64,000 nucleotides of DNA from Gemmatimonas sp. GTDB lineage: Bacteria > Gemmatimonadota > Gemmatimonadetes > Gemmatimonadales > Gemmatimonadaceae. The notes beneath the pieces are model-generated. The model did no database searches. It saw nothing but the letters and a program-made list of their open reading frames with translations, and was not told where the DNA came from. The stretch covers positions 2,272,001-2,336,000 of the forward strand of contig OZ257156.1 of the NCBI GenBank assembly GCA_965279375.1. Direction: 5' to 3'. Both the position numbers and the translations under genes were made by a program. Positions 30,463 to 41,659 of the stretch are shown here, in pieces; position 1 is the first letter of the stretch; the number at the start of each line of letters is the position of its first letter.

Positions 30463-30502
30463 CTGTGTTGGGTTGTGGCGCGGGGAGTGCGCCCGGACTA
30501 CG

Positions 30503-32650
30503 TCAGAACTGGCCGAGAACATCGTCGCTCTCGATATCGTCATCGAACGGGATGGTTGCCGATGCACTCATCGGAAACACGTCGTCGGATGGGGTGCTGC
30601 GGGGAGCGGATGCGGTATTCGCACGCCCCTTTGCTGCCGCGGGCTTGGCGCTGCGAGAACTCGCCGCGCTGCTCGCACGTGCCGGACGAGCCGGCGACTT
30701 CGTGGACTTGGTCGCGATGCGGCCCGGCGCCTGACGGCCCTGACCGACGTTGAACTGCGACGCCATCTGGTGCATCTCACCGGCCTGCGCACTCAGCTCG
30801 GCGGCCGCACTCGCCGACTCTTCGGCGTTCGCTGCCGTACGCTGCGTGAGCTGGCTGATCTGCGTCATCGCGTCGCTCACTTCAGCGAGCTCGCGCTCCT
30901 GCTCGCGGGCACCCTCGGCGATGTTGGTCATCATCGTGGCGGCGCGCTGCACACCGGTGCGAATCTCTTCGAGACGGCGACGCACGCCCTCGTTGAGCTG
31001 CACGCCGGTCTCAGCCTTCTGCACCGACTCCTCGATGAGGACGGCGGTGTTGCGTGAGGCTTCCGAGGCGCGGATCGCCAGGCTGCGCACTTCGTCGGCG
31101 ACGACTGCGAAGCCCTTGCCCGCATCGCCAGCACGCGCCGCTTCGACGGCGGCGTTGAGCGCCAGCAGATTCGTCTGGAAGGCGATCTCGTCGATCGTCT
31201 TGACGATCTTGGCCGTGCTGTCCGCCGACTTCTTGATCTCGGCGACGGCGTCGGCGAGCGCCTTCATGCGCTCCACACCCTGTTCCGTGTCCGTGTTGGC
31301 ACGCTCCATCGCGGCACGCGCTTCGTTCGCGTCGGCCGCACTGGCCTTCGTACGATCGTCCACCACCTTGATGCGATTGGACACCTGATCGATCGAGCCT
31401 GCCTGATCGGCGGCACCGCTCGCAAGATCCTGACTGCCTGAGCCGATTTCGCTCGCGGCCGCATTCACCTGTGCGATGGCCGTCGTGAGCGAGGCGAACA
31501 CTTCGGAGATGTTGCTGAGCGCCGAGTTGAGTGACTCCTTGATCGCGGCGTGATCGCCGAGGTACGCACCTTCCATGCGTGCGGTGAGATCACGGTTCGC
31601 GACACGCGTCAGCACGTCCTGCGCTTCGGTGATCGGCTGCACGACAGCGTCAAGCATGTTGTTGACGCCGGCAATCAGCTCCTTGTACGCGCCTTCGAAG
31701 CGATCCGGATTACCACGCTTGTTCAGTTCACCATGGCGCGCCGCTTCGATCAACGTCTTCGCTTCGCCAACGATGTCCTGCAGCGTCTCCGACGCGCGGT
31801 TCATGTTGCGCGAGAGCACGTCGTGCTCGGAACGCGGCGTGACCTTGGCCGACAGATCGCCCGAGGCCAAGCGATCGGCCGCCTGTGCGATGCCGCCCAC
31901 GTACTCCACCATGCCACGGAACGCCGTCGCCAGCGTGCCGATTTCATCGTTGCCCGTAATGTCGATCGTCTGCTCGATGCGACCGTTGGCGATCTCGCCG
32001 GCCGCATTCGACAACGTCTGCATCGCACCGGTGATATCGCGCAGTGTGCCAAAGGCGAGAACGCCGAGCACAAGCAGCGAGACGACGAGGACCAGCGTGA
32101 CGACCCAGCGCATGGTCGTCTGCATCGTACGCGCATCGGCGTAGGCCTTGGCGACCTCCGCCTCCATGTGTTTGGTCTGACCCTGCAGCGCCTTGGTCAG
32201 CGGCAGCAGCTTGGCCTTCACCGTCTGCATGCCACCCATCAGGTCGTCCGACGAACCGGTGATCATCCCGACGCTCATCGTGCGTGCGGCGGCCGCGTAC
32301 GCTGCAAAGTCCTTCTCGATTGCAGTCGTCGACGAGTCATCCGTGATCGGGTTCTTCGTCAGGCTGTCGGCAACGATGGCAAACGACTTGACCAAAGTGT
32401 CCGCCGCCGTGACCGCGCCCGTGTCACTCGCGCCGACGGCGTCGCGAAGTGCGCGCTGGTAGGCGTCGAGCTTGAGTTCGAGCAGCCGGCTCTTCTCGAG
32501 CGCGGGTGTGTAGCCTGTCTCGATGCTGGCCAGCTCCGTCTGCGACCGTTGGCCAAGCACGAACGTTGTGCCGAGTGCGATGATGAAACCGAGCGCGGCC
32601 ACGATGGGAAGCGCGAGGATTTTTGACCGAAGGGTCAGCGTACGAAACAT
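30503..32650 (-). CDS. Methyl-accepting chemotaxis protein (2 TM, periplasmic sensor, multiple HAMP)
   Basis: [37 protein letters not shown] signalling tip; HAMP DEIGTLA. Confidence 0.95.
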   Translation of the reverse strand: MFRTLTLRSKILALPIVAALGFIIALGTTFVLGQRSQTELASIETGYTPALEKSRLLELKLDAYQRALRDAVGASDTGAVTAADTLVKSFAIVADSLTKNPITDDSSTTAIEKDFAAYAAAARTMSVGMITGSSDDLMGGMQTVKAKLLPLTKALQGQTKHMEAEVAKAYADARTMQTTMRWVVTLVLVVSLLVLGVLAFGTLRDITGAMQTLSNAAGEIANGRIEQTIDITGNDEIGTLATAFRGMVEYVGGIAQAADRLASGDLSAKVTPRSEHDVLSRNMNRASETLQDIVGEAKTLIEAARHGELNKRGNPDRFEGAYKELIAGVNNMLDAVVQPITEAQDVLTRVANRDLTARMEGAYLGDHAAIKESLNSALSNISEVFASLTTAIAQVNAAASEIGSGSQDLASGAADQAGSIDQVSNRIKVVDDRTKASAADANEARAAMERANTDTEQGVERMKALADAVAEIKKSADSTAKIVKTIDEIAFQTNLLALNAAVEAARAGDAGKGFAVVADEVRSLAIRASEASRNTAVLIEESVQKAETGVQLNEGVRRRLEEIRTGVQRAATMMTNIAEGAREQERELAEVSDAMTQISQLTQRTAANAEESASAAAELSAQAGEMHQMASQFNVGQGRQAPGRIATKSTKSPARPARASSAASSRSAKPAAAKGRANTASAPRSTPSDDVFPMSASATIPFDDDIESDDVLGQF

Positions 32651-32721
32651 TGGCAGAGCGATTTGAGAGCAGTACCGCCAGGGTGGGGCATCGTCGCCGC
32701 CAAAACCCATCACGCTCTGGG

Positions 32722-32749
32722 GTATCGGACGCTGTCGTCACACTCTTGA
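32722..32749 (-). promoter_or_regulatory. Possible sigma-28 (FliA)-type promoter for the MCP operon
   Basis: Minus strand TCAAG-N15-TCCGATAC about 70 nt upstream of the MCP ATG; resembles TCAAG/TAAA...GCCGATA with the spacer one base long. Confidence 0.4.
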
Positions 32750-32839
32750 ACGCTGATGAGAATCGCGGTACGAGCGTGCACTGTGACGTCTTGTTCATCT
32801 CGCCCTCCCGGGGACGAACGCACTTCTGGATGGGACGCA

Positions 32840-32882
32840 ACGCAACACGCCGCCCGGGAGCTCCCCGGACGGCGTGTTGCGT
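32840..32882 (-). terminator. Stem-loop downstream of rho
   Basis: ACGCAACACGCCG (32840-52) pairs with CGGCGTGTTGCGT (32870-82), plus inner CCGGG pairing; no clear U-tract. Confidence 0.6.
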
Positions 32883-32904
32883 CAACCGACTGTCGTAATT
32901 CGAC

Positions 32905-34917
<2,013 letters not shown>

Positions 34918-35322
34918 TCGGAAACTGCGTGTGGAACGTGGGCCCCGAGCCGGAACGGCTGGAGCAGGGCATCACGGCGAAGATCGCCGAGAACCGGAAA
35001 AGCCGAGCCCCAAGACGGGGCGCGAAACGCGCACAGCGCGTGAAATGCGGGTTGGTCTGGACGGGTGTCTGTCGTGCCGTCGCACATCCGGAAAGCAGGT
35101 CGTTGCCGTCCGGTACCGCTTGGGGGGAGCGCGAAAGGATCGCGCATCCGGTCACTGAGGGGTCGAACCGGCTCCTGGAGCCCGGCGCCCCCGCCGGTCC
35201 GTCATGCGTGGTGTGTATCTTCCATGCCGTCCGATCGAAATCCGATCGGGGCACGCACCACCAGCATCCGTCGGGCGTTACGGGGACATCCGAATCTTCC
35301 CGGCGATGCCCCGCGCCTCTGA

Positions 35323-35350
35323 GTATTACGACCAAGACCGATCTGCGCAA
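35323..35350 (-). promoter_or_regulatory. Candidate sigma-70 promoter for rho
   Basis: Minus strand TTGCGC-N16-TAATAC(T), about 400 nt upstream of the rho ATG. Confidence 0.45.
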
Positions 35351-35394
35351 CCCGCAGCACTGGGGCTGCGACAAGGTTGCTACCTTCTTTCGTC

Positions 35395-35988
35395 ATGATC
35401 GCACCCCCAATCAACCTCCCCGCTGCGCTCGCCGACGCGGTGAACGCCTACGAAGCCAGCGGCAATATCGGCGCGCTCATGCAGCGTCTACACGAGCTGC
35501 GGGCGATGGCCACGCCGGACGCGCTCGTCACGGCAGCGGAGCCGTTTCTGCACATGCCGGAGGTGGCCGGGCCCCTCTACGAGCGTATCGTCGAAGAACA
35601 GCCCAGCAACGCGCGCGCGCTGGTGATTCTCGCCAATGCGTACTGGCTCTCCGGACGCGGCCCCGAGGTCGTCGGGGATATCGCCAGCCGTGCGATCGCC
35701 GCCGACCCGGACAATCGCGGCGCGTGGCACATGTGGGCCCTGACGGAAGGCAATCAGCGCGATCGCACGATTCGCTGGCTGCAAGTCACGCAGCGCTATC
35801 CGGACGACCAGCTCGCCAAGGCCGCGCTCGCGGACAACGCGGCATCCCTGGCCGCCGCGGAACACGACAAGGAAGCGCTCCAGATGGCGATCGACGCCTA
35901 CGAATCGTTGTGGGCTTCGTCACCAACCGAGCAGCAGCGCGCCGCACTCGAGAGCGCGCTGACCACACTGCGCAACTACAAGTTCTGA
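35395..35988 (+). CDS. TPR-like hypothetical protein
   Basis: All-helical; QPSNARALVILANAYW and DPDNRGAW. Confidence 0.7.
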   Translation: MIAPPINLPAALADAVNAYEASGNIGALMQRLHELRAMATPDALVTAAEPFLHMPEVAGPLYERIVEEQPSNARALVILANAYWLSGRGPEVVGDIASRAIAADPDNRGAWHMWALTEGNQRDRTIRWLQVTQRYPDDQLAKAALADNAASLAAAEHDKEALQMAIDAYESLWASSPTEQQRAALESALTTLRNYKF

Positions 35989-36031
35989 TCTCCCAGACAG
36001 CGGGGACCCACGCTTGGCCCGTGCACGATGT

Positions 36032-37111
36032 TCAGTGCGCGGGCTTGGCGATCACTGCCGGGTTGCCGTCGGAGACGTAGCGCGCCATTGGTCCGCTTTT
36101 GTCCATGAGATCGAGCGTTGGCGTGAGCTTGGTGCCGCCCTGCAACGGAACGCGCGGCAACTTCCTGGCATTGAATTGCGGATCGTACGGGCTGCGCGCC
36201 GGACCGCCGGCCACCTCGAACACCGCCTCGTGCTTGTAGCGGATGTCGCGCTTTCCCTTGGGGTCGTGCCAGGAGCCGCTGTAGGCCAGCGCGCGATTCT
36301 TGGGCCACACGCCATACGGCAGCGCCATGCCGCGAATCACGTAGCCGGGTACGGCCGAGTCGATGGCCAATGCGCCGCGCGCGAACTGCTCCTGCACGAC
36401 GGTCTCGTTGTACTTGTTGAGCTGTGCGTGCCACAGGGTGTGATTGCACAGTTCGAATCCATGGGCGACCAGGAACTGCAGCTTGGGAAAACGCCACGCC
36501 GTCTTCTGCCCATCGATGCCCTTGTCGCCAAAGAACGCGTGGCCGACCTGCGCCGCCGGTAGCGCACAGAAGAGCCCCTTCGGTTTCCAATCCGGGTGCG
36601 CCTTGATGAAGTCGAGCAGGATCCCCACCGCACTCGTCGGATCGATGACGAGCTTGCCGTCGCGCTCGAGATACCGAAACTGGCTCGGCGAGGCATCGTC
36701 GAAGGTGAAGAGCACGGGCGACTTGCCGGCAGGGATGTCGATCTTCCTGTCGAGCAGCTCCGCCAGCGTGATTGGGACATAGCCCCGCGCGTGGAGCTCC
36801 TGCAGTTCGGCGCGGAAACGGTCGCGCGAGACCTTGTACGTGCCGTCCGCATCCACGACCTGGTGCCACTCCACGATGGGAATGCGCCCCATCTCGTTGG
36901 GCTCACGCGCTGCCGAGCTGGAGTTGGGCGTGGAGGCCGTTGTCGGGCGGTTGGCACCTCTGGGCGGCGCCTGACGTAGGAGAGCGTGGGCCGGAGAGGC
37001 GACGATCGCCGTCAGGGCGAGCGCCAATGCAACCGAAAGACGTACTCCGACTGTCCAACCCGCGGCGGGGCGCCGCGAGTCTGCGGGGTGCGGCGCAAAT
37101 GGAAGACGCAT
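36032..37111 (-). CDS. Exported polysaccharide deacetylase (CE4/NodB-like)
   Basis: TFDD, NHTLWH and LPYG motifs; signal peptide; start uncertain. Confidence 0.85.
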   Translation of the reverse strand: MRLPFAPHPADSRRPAAGWTVGVRLSVALALALTAIVASPAHALLRQAPPRGANRPTTASTPNSSSAAREPNEMGRIPIVEWHQVVDADGTYKVSRDRFRAELQELHARGYVPITLAELLDRKIDIPAGKSPVLFTFDDASPSQFRYLERDGKLVIDPTSAVGILLDFIKAHPDWKPKGLFCALPAAQVGHAFFGDKGIDGQKTAWRFPKLQFLVAHGFELCNHTLWHAQLNKYNETVVQEQFARGALAIDSAVPGYVIRGMALPYGVWPKNRALAYSGSWHDPKGKRDIRYKHEAVFEVAGGPARSPYDPQFNARKLPRVPLQGGTKLTPTLDLMDKSGPMARYVSDGNPAVIAKPAH

Positions 37112-37242
37112 GAAGGCACGGCCAGCGGCAAGACGACGATTGTTCGTGCGCTGGGCCGCGCTGTATGACGAGGTAGTGCGAGAGGCGGAAAGACGAGTCA
37201 CGCGGGCTGTCGGAATCAGTGGGACCGGATCCTGGAGAAACG

Positions 37243-39798
37243 ATGAAGGACGAGAAAGCTAACGATCCGAATCCCGAGATTGCGGCTGAGTCAGCCGTAC
37301 CATCGGCACCGTCTCCGTCGCGCTGGCGCATGCTGCTCGCACGCATTCGATCCGGCCGTATTCCCGCCGATGGCACGTCGGTTGGAAACGGCGCGTTCGC
37401 TTCCTCGCCCGCCGAGACTGCGACATTCTCGGGCGCGCCATCGCCCCGCACGCTTTCACTTCGCGCCGTACTTGGCGTGCTGCGACGCCCACGCGTGCTG
37501 ATCGGGACGTTCGCGGTGTGCGCCATTGCGACCGGCTTCGTGGGCTCGTGGTGGTACAGCTGCGGCTACGACGGATGTCCCACCGTGGACCAGCTGCGCG
37601 CATGGCAGCCGACCGAAGGTGGCATGCTGCTCGATCGTGCGGGCGACATCATCGCGCCGCTCGCACCGGTCAAGCGCGTCAACGTGCGCATCGCTCGGGT
37701 GCCGGCCACTGTGCAGGCCGCGTTCATCGCCGTCGAAGACCGACGCTTTCGCACGCATCACGGCATCGACTGGTACGGCGTCGCCCGCGCGGCGGTCATG
37801 AATGTGCGGGCCGGTGGCGTGCGCGAGGGCGCGAGCACCATCACGATGCAGCTCGCGCGCAATGTGTTTCTGAGTCATCGTGCGGCGGAGCGCAGCTTCG
37901 GTCGCAAGCTGCTGGAAGTGCGCTACGCGACACTGCTCGAAGCCGCGCTCAGCAAGGATGAAATTCTCGAGCGCTACCTGAACGCCATCTATCTCGGCAA
38001 CGGTGTGTACGGCGTGGAAGGCGCCAGCCGCGACCTGTTCGGAAAAGGCGTGAAGTCGGTGACGCTGGCGGAAGCAGCGGTACTGGCCGGTCTGCCCAAG
38101 GCGCCCAGTGGCTACTCCCCGCGCAACGACATGCGTCGTGCGCGCGCGCGTCGCAATGTCGTGCTCGATGTGATCGAACGTGAAAAGGTGGCGACGCCGG
38201 CACAGGTCGCCGCCGCGCGAAACGCGCCGCTGGCAGTGGCACGCAACGAATGGGTGCCTCGCGTCGTGGACTCGTGGGCCGTGGAGATGGTGCGCGGCAC
38301 GCTCGACTCGCTGCGCAAGGCCGGAATCATTCCGTCCACGCTCAACGACGGACAGCTGCGCGTGCAGAGCAGCTTCGATCGCCGCGCGCAGGTTGCCGCC
38401 GAGCGTGCCGTCGCGAGTGGTGCTGCGCAGGTGGACGCCGAGCGCGATGGCTGGTACGGCGACGGCTCCCGCACGCAGGGCGCGCTCGTGGCCATCGATC
38501 CGGCCACCGGCGCGTTGCGTGCGCTCGTGGGCGGTCGGCGCATGGAACGGCGCGGCTACAATCGTGCGGTGCGTGCACATCGCCAGCCGGGCTCCGCGTT
38601 CAAGCCATTCGTCTACGCCACGGCGCTGCTCAACGGCTACACCTCGGCGACGATGGTCGACGACGAGCCCATCGAGATCGAGGTTGGTGACGACATCTGG
38701 ACTCCGGCCAACTTCGACGACGACTACGCGGGATCGATCACGCTCCAGGACGCGCTCGCGCGTTCTTCGAATGCGGCCACAGTGCGCATCAGTCGCGATG
38801 TCGGCATCGCGCGCGTCGCGCAACTCGCGCACGCGCAGGGCATCACCAGCACGCTGCCGCTCGTACCTGCGCTCGCACTCGGCGCCGGCGCGGTCACGCC
38901 CATCGAACTGACCACCGCCTACGCGCCGTTCGCCAACGGTGGCGTGCGCGTCACGCCGTATGCCGTTGAGCGTGTGGAGGATGTGTTCGGTCGCGTGTTG
39001 TGGCAGCATCCGCTTGTCGCGACCCCGCGCGTGCTCGATCCGGCAGATGCATTCCTCGTCACCTCGCTGCTGCGTGGCGTCGTGGACAACGGCACCGGTC
39101 GAGGAGTGCGCTCTGCAGGCATTCGCGGGCCCGTGGCGGGCAAGACCGGCACTACCAACGACGGCGCCGACATCTGGTTCGTGGGGTACACGCCGTCGAT
39201 CGTCGCCGCGATCTGGTTTGGCGCCGACGAGCCGCGTCCGTTGGGTGGCGCCGCCACCGGAGGACGTTTCGCTGCACCGGCGTGGGCGCGTTTCATAAGC
39301 GACGGCTGGCACAGCCCCGAGCGCGACAGCGCGTGGCGTGCACCCGCTGGCGTCGAGAGTCGACAAATCGATCTGGCTTCGGGGCAGTTGGCCGGAGAGT
39401 GGTGCGGCGAGTCGCGCCGCGCCTGGTTCCGCACCGGGACCGCGCCGCGGAACACCTGCTCGGGTGAGGAGCACGTTGCATTCAACGACATCGGCGAGAT
39501 GATCGGTGAACTGGCGGGAATGCCTGAGGTACCTGCCGCGCCGCCCGTGCCGAGGGTGCCGCGCCCCTCGCGCTCTCGCGGCATCGACGTCGATACGCGC
39601 GACTTGGGCTCGACGGTGAAGGACGTGTTGCGCGCCGTGGCCAAGGCGGGCGACGGCAACGCCGTTTCTCGCCGTCTGATCGCGGAGCTGCGCAACATTG
39701 CGCGTGAGCAGGAGCGCGCTGCGCGTCGCGAGGCGGAGCGACTGAAGCGGGAGCAGCAGCAGCGGGATCAGCAGTTCCGGGCCCGCGGCACGTACTGA
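37243..39798 (+). CDS. Class A penicillin-binding protein (PBP1A family)
   Basis: TG motifs EDRRFRTHHG, GASTITMQL, RKLLE and YLN; TP motifs SAFK, SSN and KTGT. Confidence 0.94.
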   Translation: MKDEKANDPNPEIAAESAVPSAPSPSRWRMLLARIRSGRIPADGTSVGNGAFASSPAETATFSGAPSPRTLSLRAVLGVLRRPRVLIGTFAVCAIATGFVGSWWYSCGYDGCPTVDQLRAWQPTEGGMLLDRAGDIIAPLAPVKRVNVRIARVPATVQAAFIAVEDRRFRTHHGIDWYGVARAAVMNVRAGGVREGASTITMQLARNVFLSHRAAERSFGRKLLEVRYATLLEAALSKDEILERYLNAIYLGNGVYGVEGASRDLFGKGVKSVTLAEAAVLAGLPKAPSGYSPRNDMRRARARRNVVLDVIEREKVATPAQVAAARNAPLAVARNEWVPRVVDSWAVEMVRGTLDSLRKAGIIPSTLNDGQLRVQSSFDRRAQVAAERAVASGAAQVDAERDGWYGDGSRTQGALVAIDPATGALRALVGGRRMERRGYNRAVRAHRQPGSAFKPFVYATALLNGYTSATMVDDEPIEIEVGDDIWTPANFDDDYAGSITLQDALARSSNAATVRISRDVGIARVAQLAHAQGITSTLPLVPALALGAGAVTPIELTTAYAPFANGGVRVTPYAVERVEDVFGRVLWQHPLVATPRVLDPADAFLVTSLLRGVVDNGTGRGVRSAGIRGPVAGKTGTTNDGADIWFVGYTPSIVAAIWFGADEPRPLGGAATGGRFAAPAWARFISDGWHSPERDSAWRAPAGVESRQIDLASGQLAGEWCGESRRAWFRTGTAPRNTCSGEEHVAFNDIGEMIGELAGMPEVPAAPPVPRVPRPSRSRGIDVDTRDLGSTVKDVLRAVAKAGDGNAVSRRLIAELRNIAREQERAARREAERLKREQQQRDQQFRARGTY

Positions 39799-39869
39799 TT
39801 GGCACGACACGGGAGCGGTCCGGCCACGGTCGCTCTCACGCGCAGGGCACATCGAGCCCGTCTGCGCAA

Positions 39870-39908
39870 TTAGTTTGATTTGACAAACCAAACTAACTGC
39901 TCTAGGCT
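39870..39908 (+). promoter_or_regulatory. MarR operator palindrome overlapping a TTGACA-N17-TAGGCT promoter
   Basis: TTAGTTTGATTTG-A-CAAACCAAACTAA (39870-96; 13-1-13, one mismatch); -35 at 39880-85, -10 at 39903-08. Confidence 0.8.
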
Positions 39909-39914
39909 TCTCGC

Positions 39915-40388
39915 ATGCCACCTGTCGACGCCGTCGCCGCCGTCATGCGCGACTACCCCCGGATCTACTTCGGCTGCCACCGGCGTCACACCCGCGACCC
40001 GCAAAGCGGCGAGTTGGTCAGCCAGAAGCACGTCCAGATCCTCGATCATCTCGACGAAGTGCAAGCGATCACGCTGAATGCGCTTGCCGAGCATCTCGGG
40101 GTCACCGCCGGCACGATGAGTGTTGCCGTCGATCGGTTGGTACAGCGCGGCTTCATCTCGCGTGTGCCTGACGAGGTGGATCGGCGTCGCGTCCATCTGC
40201 GCCTCACGGCGGCCGGCGCGTGCATCTGCCAGGCGCACTCGGTGCTCGACCCCGATCTCGTCCGCGCGATGGTGACGTCGTTGACGCCTTCAGAGCGCAA
40301 ACAGGCGCTCGCGGGGCTCGCCCTATTGGCCAACGCGGCCAGCGCCACGCGTGGAACGCGTCGCTCGGCGCTCAGTCAGTCCGCATAA
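39915..40388 (+). CDS. MarR family transcriptional regulator
   Basis: LAEHLGVTAGTMSVAVDRLVQRGFISR..DRRRVHLRLT winged helix. Confidence 0.92.
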   Translation: MPPVDAVAAVMRDYPRIYFGCHRRHTRDPQSGELVSQKHVQILDHLDEVQAITLNALAEHLGVTAGTMSVAVDRLVQRGFISRVPDEVDRRRVHLRLTAAGACICQAHSVLDPDLVRAMVTSLTPSERKQALAGLALLANAASATRGTRRSALSQSA

Positions 40389-40404
40389 CCCGAGGACTCA
40401 TCGC

Positions 40405-40938
40405 GTGAAGTCATTGGTCGTGGTGGCGGTCTCCCTCGTTCTGCTGCTGGTGATTGCGCTGCGAATTGGTGCGCGACTGCCGCGCGATCACGTCGCCACC
40501 GTTCGTTCGCGCTACGCCGCGTCGGTCGACGTGATCTGGTCCAAGCTCACGGCACCCGCGGCATACGCCGCGTGGCGGACCGATCTGAAAGGCGTCGAGC
40601 TGCTGAACGCCGACTCCAGTCACCCCGAGTGGGTGGAGCACGGCAAGCATGGCGACATTCGCTACGTCATCGCCGAGCGCACAGAACGCACGCGACTGCT
40701 CACGCGCATCACCGACGAGACGCTGCCGTACGGCGGGACGTGGGAATTCACGCTCACGCCGGATGGCACCGGCACGCTGCTGACGATCACCGAACGCGGC
40801 TTCGTCAAACCGGCGCTCTTTCGACTGCTCTCGCGCTTCGTGTTCGGATTGACGGGTACGCTCGAGGCATACCATCGATCACTCGCGCGCGCCGTGGGTG
40901 AGACGCCTGCACCGGACATCGTGTCCAGCGGGCGCTGA
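40405..40938 (+). CDS. SRPBCC (polyketide cyclase/dehydrase-like) family protein
   Basis: N-terminal TM, LPRDH, WRTDL and GGTWEFTL..GTLLTITERG; GAGGA RBS before GTG. Confidence 0.75.
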   Translation: MKSLVVVAVSLVLLLVIALRIGARLPRDHVATVRSRYAASVDVIWSKLTAPAAYAAWRTDLKGVELLNADSSHPEWVEHGKHGDIRYVIAERTERTRLLTRITDETLPYGGTWEFTLTPDGTGTLLTITERGFVKPALFRLLSRFVFGLTGTLEAYHRSLARAVGETPAPDIVSSGR

Positions 40939-41023
40939 GTCGCAATCACGCGGCCATCTCGCACGTCCAGCCGCTCAACGAAGTTCACACGTTCGGCTCG
41001 TCCACCATTCAACAGACACGCGC

Positions 41024-41659
41024 ATGGGACTCGAACTCACGGGGCACGCGGTGCTCACGCCAGCCAAGGGCCGTACGGGTATCGAGAAGCAGACGGGCGA
41101 CGCAAAAATTCTACTCGAGAGTGACGAGCTGATTCTGCGCGGTGGCGTCAAGGCAAAGATCGCGCGTGCGACCATCCGCGATGTGACCAGCAAGGCGGGT
41201 ACGGTGCGCATCTCGGCCGATGGGTGCACGCTGCAACTCACGCTGGGCGACGCGACTGACAAATTTCTCGCCAAACTCGCGCAAGCGCCCAAGTCACGTC
41301 TCGAGAAAATGGGCATCGGCGCCACGAGCGTTGTCACCCTGCTCAACCTTTCCGATGCGACGTTGCGCGCCGAGCTCGAGGCCATTGGAGCCACGGTGCG
41401 TACACGTGCAACGAAAGGCGCGGCGCTGCTGATTCTGGGCGTTGATGACGCGACCGATCTCGCGCGAATCGCCGACGCCGCGAAAAGCCTCGACACCAAA
41501 AGCGCCCTGTGGGTGGTTCATCCCAAAGGCGCTTCGGGCGTCAAGGACACCGATATCTTCGCCGCAGCAAAGGCTGCAGGGCTCACGTACGTCAAAGTCG
41601 CGCGCTTCTCCGAGACGCACACCGCGGAGAAGCTGGTAGTGCCTGCAGCCAAGCGTTAG
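41024..41659 (+). CDS. Hypothetical protein (C-terminal DUF3052-like)
   Basis: SRLEKMGI, LWVVHPKG and GLTYVKVARFSETHTAEKLV. Confidence 0.65.
   Translation: MGLELTGHAVLTPAKGRTGIEKQTGDAKILLESDELILRGGVKAKIARATIRDVTSKAGTVRISADGCTLQLTLGDATDKFLAKLAQAPKSRLEKMGIGATSVVTLLNLSDATLRAELEAIGATVRTRATKGAALLILGVDDATDLARIADAAKSLDTKSALWVVHPKGASGVKDTDIFAAAKAAGLTYVKVARFSETHTAEKLVVPAAKR

Noticed and set aside
37456..39921. 821-aa antisense ORF, and similar long shadow ORFs elsewhere
   Set aside because: It mirrors PBP1A on the opposite strand; such ORFs are expected in high-GC DNA and it has no motifs.
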